Assembly (NCBI GenBank): GCA_001779095.1
Contig: MFJD01000004.1
Span: 173,031-237,030, forward strand
DNA: 64,000 bases
DNA from: Candidatus Gottesmanbacteria bacterium RBG_16_52_11
Lineage (GTDB): Bacteria; Patescibacteriota; Microgenomatia; UBA10105; UBA927
Direction of reading: 5' to 3'
Position numbers and translations under genes: made by a program. Below, in pieces: positions 44,899 to 53,657 of the stretch (positions within the stretch are counted from its first letter, which is position 1; each line of letters starts with the position of its first letter). Below the pieces are notes generated by a model that was not told where the DNA came from, made no database searches, and saw only the letters and a list, made by a program, of their open reading frames with translations.

Positions 44899-46440
44899 AT
44901 GGAAGGGCAGTTATCCAAAATAAAACGCGTCTCAAGTCTGGCAAAGATTACCGCCAGACTGAAGAAAGACGGCAAAAGAATAGTTCTGTGCCACGGGGTT
45001 TTTGACCTCGTACATCCGGGTCATGTCAGGCATTTCGCCTCCGCCCGTAACCACGGTGACGTGCTGATCGTCACCATCACCGCCGATAAGTTCGTCAACA
45101 AAGGGCCCGGCAGGCCGATATTCCGTCAGGAGCTGCGGGCCGAAGTGCTGGCTGCGATTGCCTTCATTGACTACATAGCGATAGTTAACTCCGGTTCGGC
45201 TGTTGACGCTATCCGGAAAATCCGGCCGGATTATTACGTAAAAGGGCCTGATTACCGCAACCGTAAGCCGACACCGTCGGTACCCCGGAAGCTGGGCGAA
45301 GAGGAGAAGGCGGTGCTGTCAGTCGGCGGACAGCTGATATTTACCGATGATGCGGTCATCTACAGCTCGTCCAAAATCATCAGCGATTACCTGGAGGTGT
45401 ATCCTCCCCGGACTAAACGGTTCCTGACGGAAATGAAACGGAAATACACGTCGGAAAAACTGATTGCCGACCTGACAAAACTGAAAAAACTCAAAATTCT
45501 AGTAATCGGGGATGCCATTATCGACCAGTACCATTACTGCCTGCCGATGGGAAAATCATCCAAGGAACCGGTAATGGTGCACCGGTATGTGGCGGACGAG
45601 TCCTACATGGGCGGAGTCCTGGCGACTGTCAACCACCTGTCATCCCTTTCCCGAAACCTGACGCTCCTGACAGTACTCGGGAAGAAAAATTCATTCAGGT
45701 CGTTTATCACCCGTCGTCTGCGTCCCCAGGTCAAGCCGGTCTTTCTTTACCAGTCCAAAGACCCCACCATCATTAAACGCAGGTTCCTCGACTTGAATAA
45801 CCGGCAGAAATTGTTCCAGATCAGCTACCTGCATGAGGATTTCGTGCTGCCGGAGCAAACGGAAAAATTAATCCTGGGGTACCTGAAAAAAGAACTGCCG
45901 AAGTTCGACCTGGTGGTGGTCAACGATTACGGCCACGGCATGATGACACCCAAGACCATCCGCCATATCTGCCGGCACGCCAGATATATCGCATTAAACG
46001 TCCAGACCAACAGCGCTAATTTCGGATTCAATGTCGTCACTAAATACCCGCGGGCTGACTTCGTTTGCATCGATAACCAGGAAATCCGGCTGGCGACCCA
46101 GGACCGTTTCAGCGACCTGACACTGTTGATCCGCTCGATCCAGCGGAAACTGAAATGTTCGTTCATGATCGTCACCAAGGGACCATACGGCGCAGTCGGT
46201 TATTCCCAGCAGGCGGGATTCGTCGAGGTGCCGGCGCTAACCGACCGGATCGTGGACCGGGTCGGAGCCGGGGACGCGCTGTTTGCCATTGCCTCACCCT
46301 GCGTTTACGCCGGCATGCCGCCGGACGTGGTGACTTTTATGGGTAACGTAGCCGGCGCTCTCAAAGTCCAGGTCATCGGCAACAAAAAGCAGATCGAGTT
46401 TGTGGACCTGGCAAAATATATCACCAGATTACTAAAATAA
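44899..46440 (+). CDS. bifunctional sugar-phosphate nucleotidyltransferase (cytidylyl/adenylyltransferase-like, HxGH) + pfkB-family sugar kinase; HldE-like with reversed domain order
   Basis: The N-terminal part (IVLCHGVFDLVHPGHVRHFASARNHGDVLIVTITAD) resembles TagD / RfaE domain II. The C-terminal 300 aa form a ribokinase-like domain with VDRVGAGDALFA (the DTxGAGD anion hole). Neighbouring genes fit a nucleotide-heptose pathway. Confidence 0.7.
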   Translation: MEGQLSKIKRVSSLAKITARLKKDGKRIVLCHGVFDLVHPGHVRHFASARNHGDVLIVTITADKFVNKGPGRPIFRQELRAEVLAAIAFIDYIAIVNSGSAVDAIRKIRPDYYVKGPDYRNRKPTPSVPRKLGEEEKAVLSVGGQLIFTDDAVIYSSSKIISDYLEVYPPRTKRFLTEMKRKYTSEKLIADLTKLKKLKILVIGDAIIDQYHYCLPMGKSSKEPVMVHRYVADESYMGGVLATVNHLSSLSRNLTLLTVLGKKNSFRSFITRRLRPQVKPVFLYQSKDPTIIKRRFLDLNNRQKLFQISYLHEDFVLPEQTEKLILGYLKKELPKFDLVVVNDYGHGMMTPKTIRHICRHARYIALNVQTNSANFGFNVVTKYPRADFVCIDNQEIRLATQDRFSDLTLLIRSIQRKLKCSFMIVTKGPYGAVGYSQQAGFVEVPALTDRIVDRVGAGDALFAIASPCVYAGMPPDVVTFMGNVAGALKVQVIGNKKQIEFVDLAKYITRLLK

Positions 46441-46452
46441 CCGGAAACAAAT

Positions 46453-46500
46453 CCAATTAATCTAATTGTTCTAAACAGGGAAATTATTCTAATTTAAATC
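46453..46500 (+). promoter_or_regulatory. ATTATTCTAA-related motif array upstream of epimerase gene
   Basis: atccaattaatctaattgttctaaacagggaaATTATTCTAAtttaaatc lies 10 nt before the ATG at 46510. Confidence 0.4.
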
Positions 46501-46509
46501 ATTAATGGG

Positions 46510-47565
46510 ATGACAGACTCAGGGAAAAAGGTATCAAGAGAGGGATCCATAAAGACGGTCCTGGTGACCGGCGGCGGAGGATATGTCGGGGCTGTATTGG
46601 TGCCGAAACTGCTGGCCGCAGGGTACCGGGTGAGAGTGCTTGACTGGTTTATTTACGGTGAAGACGTCTTTGGTAAATACGGTAAGGATCCGAAACTGAC
46701 TATACTCCGGGGAGACTTACGGGACCGGAAATCAGTGGAAAAAGCTCTGAAAGGCGCCGATGCCGTCATCCATCTGGCATGTATATCCAATGATCCCAGT
46801 TTCGAACTCGATCCGGCTCTTGGCAGGACAGTGAATTACGATGCGACCGCACTTCTCACCGACTTGTCCTGCGACGAAGGTGTAACGCGTTTCGTTTTTG
46901 CCTCCTCATCGAGCGTCTACGGGGTCAAAACCGAATCCGACGTCACCGAGGACCTGCCGCTTAAACCGCTCACCGATTACTCTAAATACAAGGCGCTCTC
47001 GGAGGAATACATATTAAAAAAAGGCAGCCGGGATTTTACCGTGCTGATCCTGCGGCCGGCTACGGTCTGCGGCTATTCCCCGCGGATGCGGCTGGATCTG
47101 ACCGTGAATATCCTGACCATCAATGCCCTGATTAACAACCGGATAACGGTATTCGGCGGCTCGCAGCTGCGGCCCAACATCCACATCGGCGACATGACCG
47201 ACCTCTACGTCAAAACCATGGAGTTCCCCGGGGAAAAAATTGCCGGAAAGATTTATAATGCCGGTTACGAGAACATGAAGGTATTGGATATTGCGCGCAT
47301 GGTCAAAAAAGTCCTGGGAAAAAGGGATATAGAAATATCCGTCAAACCGACGGACGACCTGCGGTCCTACCACATCAATTCGGACAAAATCAGGCGGGAG
47401 CTGGGATTTGCCCCCCGGCACACCATCCGGGAAGCCATATCCGATATTAAAAGCGCCTACGAATCGGGAAAGCTGCCGGACCCCACGACGGATATCAGAT
47501 ATGTAAACATCAAAACCATGAAAGCCCTGTCCGGAAAGCTTGCGGGTAAATCCGGGTATGCCTAA
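46510..47565 (+). CDS. NAD-dependent sugar-nucleotide epimerase (candidate heptose 6-epimerase role)
   Basis: VLVTGGGGYVGAVLVPKL and YSKYK (YxxxK) motifs identify the family. 351 aa. Located between the HldE-like and GmhA-like genes. Confidence 0.75.
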   Translation: MTDSGKKVSREGSIKTVLVTGGGGYVGAVLVPKLLAAGYRVRVLDWFIYGEDVFGKYGKDPKLTILRGDLRDRKSVEKALKGADAVIHLACISNDPSFELDPALGRTVNYDATALLTDLSCDEGVTRFVFASSSSVYGVKTESDVTEDLPLKPLTDYSKYKALSEEYILKKGSRDFTVLILRPATVCGYSPRMRLDLTVNILTINALINNRITVFGGSQLRPNIHIGDMTDLYVKTMEFPGEKIAGKIYNAGYENMKVLDIARMVKKVLGKRDIEISVKPTDDLRSYHINSDKIRRELGFAPRHTIREAISDIKSAYESGKLPDPTTDIRYVNIKTMKALSGKLAGKSGYA

Positions 47566-48238
47566 AACCAAAGCAGCCAATACGATATCCCCTGTCAACC
47601 AAATACTCGAAGATCATATCTCCTCCTACATCATGGAACTGATCCGCTGCCTGGTGATGCTGGATAAAATAAAGATAGGGGAGGCAGTCGGAATCCTGAC
47701 CCAGGCTTACCGGGACGGGAAAAAGGTCTTCATCATCGGTAACGGCGGCAGCGCTTCCAACGCTTCGCATATGTCCTGCGATCTGAGCAAAGGCACGCTG
47801 TCGCGGATTTACGATGACAGCGAACCCCGGTTCAAAGCCTATTCACTGACTGATAACGTCGCCATCATGACTGCATTCGGCAATGACCTGAGTTACGAGG
47901 ATATTTTCGTCCAGCAGCTGCGAAACCTGGTGGAAAGCGGGGACGTGGTTATAGCGCTGTCAGGCAGCGGGAACAGTCCGAACGTGATAAAAGCCGTCCT
48001 GTATGCCAGGAAGTGTCAGGCAAAAACAATCGGATTCTTAGGGTTTAAGACCGGGGGGAAACTGGCTGCCATCGTAGACTGCGCCGTCATTGCTGACAGC
48101 AACAAGTACGGCCAGTGTGAGGACATACAGCTGATACTGGACCATATCCTGACGTCCTGGCTGGCCATCGTGAAAGCAGAGCACGATAACGGGAATAAGG
48201 GGAGACGTAAAGCGGGAAGGCCCCGAAAGACGGGTTAA
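47540..48238 (+). CDS. gmhA: SIS-domain sedoheptulose-7-phosphate isomerase (GmhA-like)
   Basis: KKVFIIGNGGSASNASHMSCDL and VVIALSGSGNSPNVIKAV are the GmhA-type SIS motifs. The start is uncertain: in-frame Met codons lie at 47558 and 47633, and the track start overlaps the upstream gene by 26 nt. Confidence 0.7.
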   Translation: MRVNPGMPKTKAANTISPVNQILEDHISSYIMELIRCLVMLDKIKIGEAVGILTQAYRDGKKVFIIGNGGSASNASHMSCDLSKGTLSRIYDDSEPRFKAYSLTDNVAIMTAFGNDLSYEDIFVQQLRNLVESGDVVIALSGSGNSPNVIKAVLYARKCQAKTIGFLGFKTGGKLAAIVDCAVIADSNKYGQCEDIQLILDHILTSWLAIVKAEHDNGNKGRRKAGRPRKTG

Positions 48239-48239
48239 A

Positions 48240-49301
48240 CTAATTTACTTCAGGACGGCGGGCAAAGGCGGTGCCGGCCGGCGTGTCAGAATCCCCGTTG
48301 ATCCGGAAATTTTCCGGCTGTTTGGCGGAGTATCCGGACTCCAGAAGCGATTTGGCACCGAAGGCTTTCACCAGTGTTCCGGTCACCCTGCCTTCGGCAT
48401 CACTAACTGAGAAAGTATCACCCCGGTTGTTCCTGACCCCTTCCAGGTAAATATAGGTGTTGTTTTCGATATATTTAACAACTTCATTCCAGTTGTCAAA
48501 GACCCTGGCTGCTCCGGATTCCGTCAGTGTCTTTACCATCAGTTCAGTTGGCTTGTTTCCTTCTCCGACAACGGCAGGCACGGCAAAAACCGTTGCACCG
48601 GCTGCGACTGCAGCCTTAACTCCGGTCGGCGAGTCTTCGAAAACCAGAAGCCCTGAAGGGGAGATATTCATCTCTTTTGCCGCCAGCTGATAGACGTCCG
48701 GCGAAGGTTTGCCGTGTTTGACGTCATGCCTAAGAAGGACCGGATTACCGTACAGCATCTCCCGCAGTCCCGAACGGTCAATAATGATGCCGGCCTGGGT
48801 GCTCCTGGTCACCGAACAGATGGTGTACGGCACTCCGAGCTGGGAGACCATCTGGATCAGTCTGGCGGAACCTTCGCGCGGCCGGAAAACGGCCTCACTG
48901 AACATCCCGTCGAATATCGCATCCTTAAGTTCGATCATCTTCCCGACATTCCAGGCTTTGAGCAGATCTCCGGAACCGGGATTTTTCCGGGCAAGTTCAA
49001 GCAGTTGCTCCATAACCGCGGTATCGGGACCGCCGACAAATGACGGAACCTGCCGCATGATTTCGTCCACCGAATCGGGAAGAGTAATTCCCAAAGCTCC
49101 GGCTACTTCCCGGTGCGCCCGGTGATGAAGTGATTCAAGATCCACCAGGGTGCCTTCCAGGTCCAGTGCCACACCGGAGAATATTTTCAGCGTATCCTCG
49201 GCTTCTGGTTTAAGTATCAGGGCGCCATGCATATAATAAACTAGATTGTTAATTATAGGATTAAAGTTACCTTTCGTCAATTTCAGACTACCTAAGCTCA
49301 A
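48240..49301 (-). CDS. HAD-superfamily hydrolase (subfamily IA, phosphatase/beta-PGM-like) with about 100-aa C-terminal extension
   Basis: VALDLEGTLVD (motif I DxDGT), SVTRS (motif II), KPSPDVY (motif III) and FEDSPTGVKAAVAAG (motif IV). A candidate heptose-bisphosphate phosphatase by context. Confidence 0.65.
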   Translation of the reverse strand: MSLGSLKLTKGNFNPIINNLVYYMHGALILKPEAEDTLKIFSGVALDLEGTLVDLESLHHRAHREVAGALGITLPDSVDEIMRQVPSFVGGPDTAVMEQLLELARKNPGSGDLLKAWNVGKMIELKDAIFDGMFSEAVFRPREGSARLIQMVSQLGVPYTICSVTRSTQAGIIIDRSGLREMLYGNPVLLRHDVKHGKPSPDVYQLAAKEMNISPSGLLVFEDSPTGVKAAVAAGATVFAVPAVVGEGNKPTELMVKTLTESGAARVFDNWNEVVKYIENNTYIYLEGVRNNRGDTFSVSDAEGRVTGTLVKAFGAKSLLESGYSAKQPENFRINGDSDTPAGTAFARRPEVN

Positions 49302-49349
49302 AAATGGTAAAATTGACGGTCAGAGTAGTGTGGGTAGAAACCGGATATT

Positions 49350-49952
49350 ATGGAAACCGTCATCGGCATTGACCTTGATAATACGATAATCAGTTTTGAC
49401 CGCATTCTCCATGCCAGCGCATCGGAACTGGGGCTGGTCGGCCGGGGGATACCGGTCCGCAAGGATGCGGTGAAGCAGGCCATACTTGAGCGCCACGGAG
49501 ACCGGGTGTGGCACCATATCCAGAAAATTGCCTACGGCCTCAGGATGGAGGAAGCCCGACTTATCCGGGGAGCGGTGCCATTCATCAGCGAATGTCTCAG
49601 AAGTGGTATCAGGGTATATATAATCAGCCATAAAGCTGAATTAGTGGAGGTGAACGGAGTCAGAATTAATCTGAGGAATAAAGCTATGCAGTTTTTAAAG
49701 AAAAGGTTCATAATAGGGTCTGAAACTGATCGGCTTAATGAACAGAATATCTTTTTCGAGCCGACACGGGCCGACAAGCTGGCACGGATTGCCAAACTCA
49801 GGTGTACGCATTTCATCGATGACCTGGAAGATGTTTTTCGCGAAGACGGATTCCCGGAAACCGTCACAAAAATCCTGCTCGGCCATACGACTGATAGTTC
49901 CTGGATGACCTGTCCGACATGGGGAAAAGTAAGTCAATACTTTTTCGGGTGA
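49350..49952 (+). CDS. small HAD-like phosphatase (tentative)
   Basis: N-terminal IGIDLDNTII (DxDxT motif I) in a 200-aa protein. The other HAD motifs were not clearly resolved. Confidence 0.4.
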   Translation: METVIGIDLDNTIISFDRILHASASELGLVGRGIPVRKDAVKQAILERHGDRVWHHIQKIAYGLRMEEARLIRGAVPFISECLRSGIRVYIISHKAELVEVNGVRINLRNKAMQFLKKRFIIGSETDRLNEQNIFFEPTRADKLARIAKLRCTHFIDDLEDVFREDGFPETVTKILLGHTTDSSWMTCPTWGKVSQYFFG

Positions 49953-49956
49953 GCAA

Positions 49957-50946
49957 ATGAAGGCAGCATTAGAAGATATTGTGAGCAGGATATTGGGGAC
50001 AACCGGCTTATCCCTAAGACCGGGTCCGGCCGGATTCAACAGTACAATTTATATATCGGATACGGATTCCGGACGGTACCTGGTCAAGGTGTATAAGCGA
50101 AGACCCCGGGACCATCGGAACCGGCTGGAAACGGAATTCCGGAGCCTCAAGTACCTCTGGGCGCAGGGTTTGCGGCAAGTGCCGGAACCGGTGGGACGAA
50201 ACCAAAGCCGGGCAATCGGAATATACCGGCATATGACCGGAGTACGCCCAGAGACAAAAACAATCGCTGATTTCGATCAGGCAGTCCGGTTCCTGCGGCA
50301 GCTTAGGTCATTAAGCCGCAAGACCTCTTCTGAGAGGTTCAGCCGGGCCTCGGAAGCGTGTTTCTCGCTTTCCGAATACCTGGATGCGGTACGCCGACGG
50401 TATGCCCGACTGGTGCGGGTAGCCGATACCCGACTGCAGAAGTTTCTCAGGGACGGGTTTCTGCCGTATTTCCGGGAGACTGCCGATTATGCAGCCGGAG
50501 AATATGCCCGGGCCGGACTGACACGGTTTACCCGTCTGCCCCGTAAAGCCAGGACTTTAAGCCCTTCCGACTTCGGATTCCACAATGCGCTCAAAGATGA
50601 CCGGGGACGGATTATTTTCCTGGATTTTGAGTATTTCGGCTGGGATGATCCGGCCAAACTTATTTCGGATTTCCTGCTCCATCCGGCAATGGAACTGGCC
50701 CAGGTGGAGCAGCGCTATTTCTTCCATAAGGCATACCCCCTTTACAAAAATGCGGATCTCCGGGCCCGCCTGCCGTCTGTATACCGGATTTGCGCTCTGA
50801 AATGGTGTATGATCATGCTCAATGCGTTTCTCCGGAAGGAAGACGCCGGGGTCCAGAGCCGGCAACTGACTAAAGCCAAGTCAATGCTGTCACGGATTGC
50901 CGCGGAAGTCCGGACCGGAAATTTGCCCTTCAGCGGCGAATTATGA
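49957..50946 (+). CDS. APH/choline-kinase-like phosphotransferase
   Basis: GFHNALKDDRGRIIFLDFEYFGWDDPAKLISDF carries the catalytic loop and the D[FW]E..(6)D motif of the family. 4-nt overlap with the downstream gene. Confidence 0.6.
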   Translation: MKAALEDIVSRILGTTGLSLRPGPAGFNSTIYISDTDSGRYLVKVYKRRPRDHRNRLETEFRSLKYLWAQGLRQVPEPVGRNQSRAIGIYRHMTGVRPETKTIADFDQAVRFLRQLRSLSRKTSSERFSRASEACFSLSEYLDAVRRRYARLVRVADTRLQKFLRDGFLPYFRETADYAAGEYARAGLTRFTRLPRKARTLSPSDFGFHNALKDDRGRIIFLDFEYFGWDDPAKLISDFLLHPAMELAQVEQRYFFHKAYPLYKNADLRARLPSVYRICALKWCMIMLNAFLRKEDAGVQSRQLTKAKSMLSRIAAEVRTGNLPFSGEL

Positions 50947-51788
50947 GGAATAATTACCGTAAATCCATTCCGCTTGACCGGCGCTCGCTGGCGCTGCGGA
51001 AACTGATCCTGTCCGCATATACCTCAGCCCGGCGGGGACACCTGGGCAGTTATTTGTCGCTGGTTGAGATCCTCAGAGTGCTGTATGACTCGGTTCTCAG
51101 GTACGATCCGCGCAAACCCGACTGGCCCGGGCGTGACAGGTTTATCCTGAGCAAAGGCCATGGGTCAGTGGCCCTCTATGCCATACTTGCCGATAAGGGA
51201 TTTTTCTCTCCGGAACTGCTGCCTACATTCGTGAAATTTGACAGCATGTTCGGTCAGCATCCGGACAGCCGCAAAGTCCCGGGAGTCGAGGCTTGTACCG
51301 GATCGCTGGGGCATGGGTTGTCAGTCGGGGTGGGGATGGCGCTTTCTGCCCGAATCGACAAACAGAAGCACCGGGTCTTCGTAGTCATTAGTGACGCTGA
51401 GAGCCAGGAGGGTTCGGTCTGGGAAGCGGCGCTTTCCATTGCCAAGCATAACCTGACAAATCTGGTGGTAATTGTTGACTATAACCACATGCAGAGCTAC
51501 GGGCGGACGCGGGAAGTGCTTGATTTGGAGCCGCTGGCTGCCAAATGGAAAAGCTTCGGATTTGGCGTAGAACAGGTGAACGGGCATGACGTAAAAAAGC
51601 TCAGGCAGTCATTTCTGAAAGCAGTGAATAAACCCAGCCGGCCACAGGTAGTCATCTGCCATACGGTCAAGGGCAAGGGGATTGCGGGGATAGAAAATAA
51701 CGTGTCCTGGCACCACAAAACAAAACTCAGTGATGAGGATGTGGAAATGTTATACGCGAATCTAAGACAACGGGGGTCAGAGAATTAA
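50943..51788 (+). CDS. transketolase, N-terminal subunit (second copy)
   Basis: DRFILSKGHGSVALYA and GSLGHGLSVGVGMAL..VVISDAESQEGSVWEAAL identify the subunit. About 55% identical to the 20078 gene product and lacks its insertion. Confidence 0.8.
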   Translation: MRNNYRKSIPLDRRSLALRKLILSAYTSARRGHLGSYLSLVEILRVLYDSVLRYDPRKPDWPGRDRFILSKGHGSVALYAILADKGFFSPELLPTFVKFDSMFGQHPDSRKVPGVEACTGSLGHGLSVGVGMALSARIDKQKHRVFVVISDAESQEGSVWEAALSIAKHNLTNLVVIVDYNHMQSYGRTREVLDLEPLAAKWKSFGFGVEQVNGHDVKKLRQSFLKAVNKPSRPQVVICHTVKGKGIAGIENNVSWHHKTKLSDEDVEMLYANLRQRGSEN

Positions 51789-51820
51789 GCGCTGGTGAAA
51801 ATGTTTAGTATGCCGTTAAT

Positions 51821-51848
51821 TCAAAACTCAAAAATCAAAAGTCAAAAC
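51821..51848. repeat. heptanucleotide tandem repeat (TCAAAAN)4 in the transketolase N/C intergenic spacer
   Basis: tcaaaac tcaaaaa tcaaaag tcaaaac. Shares the 14-mer ATCAAAAGTCAAAA with the 14486-14540 repeat. Confidence 0.6.
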
Positions 51849-51934
51849 TACAACGTAAAATTCAAGACCGGAAAACGATAAAGAAATTTTCCATTGCATG
51901 CAGCTTAAATCATAATAACCGGAACCGTAATCAT

Positions 51935-52957
51935 ATGAGAAAGACCAGCCTGGAACAGGTTTATCTGTTAGCTAAAAAAGACAAACGGGTGGTATTCGTG
52001 GGATCGGACCTGGGACACGGGACACTCGATAAGTTCAAAGCCGAAATGCCGGACCGGTTCTTCATGGAAGGAGTGTCGGAGCAGCATCTTACGGGCATGC
52101 TGGCCGGAATGGCGTTATCGGGCAAAGTGCCGTACTTCAATACCATCGCCGTGTTTGCCTACCGGCGGTGCCTGGAGCAGGTGATACTCGACGTAGCCAT
52201 CCCGAACCTGCCGGTCAGGATCATCGCCTCGGGTGGCGGATTCGTCTACGTGCCGCTGGGACCGACCCACCTGGCGACAGATGACCTGGCGATACTCCGG
52301 ACCGTACCCAACATGACGGTTATCGCTCCGGCTGATGCAGCGGAGATGGCACGGCTGATGCCTCTGACACTCAACTGGCCCGGGCCGATATATATCAGGC
52401 TCGCCAAAGGCGGGGATCCCGTAGTCACCCCGGCCGACGTACCCTTCAGAATCGGCAAAGCCGTGCCGGTAGCTACCGGCTCGGACTTACTGATCATTAC
52501 CACCGGCATCACCCTGCAGTTTGCACTTGTTGCCCGGAAAATGCTGGCTGCTGAGGGGATTAAAGCCGGAGTTCTCCATGTCCCGACCGTCAAGCCGCTG
52601 GACCAAGACGGGATTCTGTCGCGGATCGCCAAAGTCCGGGGTGTAGTCACTATTGAGGAGGGAGTCCGGCTTGGGGGGTTGGGCAGCGCCATCGGGGAGC
52701 TGATGCTTGACGAGGGACTCGTGCGGCCGCTGACGCGGATCGGACTTCCGGACGAATTCACCCTCCACTACGGTACACAACTGGAGCAGTTGGCATATTA
52801 CGGCATATCCGGGGATGGGATAGTCCGGGCAGCCCGGAAGCTCCTGGGTGGTCGGGTCAGGACGCGGACGCTGGCTCACGCAGCGCGTCGTAAACTCTTA
52901 AGAGTCCGTCCTCAACCCTCAACACAGGTACAACGGGGTACAAGTCGTCGGGCGTAA
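51935..52957 (+). CDS. transketolase, C-terminal subunit (second copy)
   Basis: FFMEGVSEQHLTGMLAGMAL and GPTHLATDDLAILRTVPNM identify the subunit. The last 40 aa are a basic tail that overlaps the convergent gene at 52857-53657 by about 100 nt. Confidence 0.8.
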   Translation: MRKTSLEQVYLLAKKDKRVVFVGSDLGHGTLDKFKAEMPDRFFMEGVSEQHLTGMLAGMALSGKVPYFNTIAVFAYRRCLEQVILDVAIPNLPVRIIASGGGFVYVPLGPTHLATDDLAILRTVPNMTVIAPADAAEMARLMPLTLNWPGPIYIRLAKGGDPVVTPADVPFRIGKAVPVATGSDLLIITTGITLQFALVARKMLAAEGIKAGVLHVPTVKPLDQDGILSRIAKVRGVVTIEEGVRLGGLGSAIGELMLDEGLVRPLTRIGLPDEFTLHYGTQLEQLAYYGISGDGIVRAARKLLGGRVRTRTLAHAARRKLLRVRPQPSTQVQRGTSRRA

Positions 52958-53657
52958 AAATCAGGGCAAAGTCCTCGGGAGTGGTGGCGTCGGTAGGCGG
53001 ATACTGTATCCGGTAAAATTCCATGGATTTAGCAAATACCGCCGGCAGGTCAGGATCATTACCCAGCAGCAAATCCCTGACAGTCTCGGCGCAGAGCTGG
53101 TCCTCCATCAGGTTAGGATCTCCGGCAAATACCGGTTCCCGGCCGCCCGAGGGTACCAGTGTGATCCGTTCCGCCCTGCCGTGATTTGTAACCAGCCATT
53201 CCGACAGGGTCCGGAGATTGGAGTAATTGCCCACCACTATCGGACCGGCCCCCTTACTCCACAGCTCGCTTAAGGTGTAGGTACCGTTGTTGGTCAGAAT
53301 TACGACCGTCTTCCCACTAACGTCGGCAGCTGCCACTTCGGCCGGATGATTGGAACAGGTGAATTTCCCGGACAGGTCCGGATCAGGACTTTCGCCGAAG
53401 AGGGCGGCATCGGGAAACCGATTGAGGGCTGCGCGGACGGTGTCCCGGGTCACCACATAAAGTCTTTTCGCGCTGATAGCCAGGCGGTTGATGTTCTGGG
53501 AGGCAGAGATCACATCAAACATTACCGCCGGACCTGTCAGTTTTTCCGGCAGATCCCAGGGATAGGCAATGTCAATGGTGCCTTGGTACGTAAATTCTCC
53601 GGACTTGGGTGTTTCCTGGGCCAGCATATATGCCGCGGGAAAATTATGGTCAGTCAA
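52857..53657 (-). CDS. hypothetical protein (266 aa); weak resemblance to 2-phosphosulfolactate phosphatase (ComB) fold
   Basis: PAVMFDVISASQNI and VVILTNNGTY blocks are reminiscent of ComB-family motifs. This is low confidence. Confidence 0.3.
   Translation of the reverse strand: MTDHNFPAAYMLAQETPKSGEFTYQGTIDIAYPWDLPEKLTGPAVMFDVISASQNINRLAISAKRLYVVTRDTVRAALNRFPDAALFGESPDPDLSGKFTCSNHPAEVAAADVSGKTVVILTNNGTYTLSELWSKGAGPIVVGNYSNLRTLSEWLVTNHGRAERITLVPSGGREPVFAGDPNLMEDQLCAETVRDLLLGNDPDLPAVFAKSMEFYRIQYPPTDATTPEDFALIFTPDDLYPVVPVLRVEDGLLRVYDALREPASAS

Noticed and set aside
47014-47770. Minus-strand ORFs 47014..47598 and 47510..47770 overlapping the epimerase/GmhA junction.
   Set aside because: They are antisense to two well-supported plus-strand genes with clear Rossmann and SIS motifs, and they have no motifs of their own.
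52857-53657. Assignment of this gene as ComB (2-phosphosulfolactate phosphatase), hence a methanogen or CoM-pathway marker.
   Set aside because: The motif resemblance is weak, and bacterial promoter-like signals occur elsewhere. It was kept only as a low-confidence note, not used for taxonomy.
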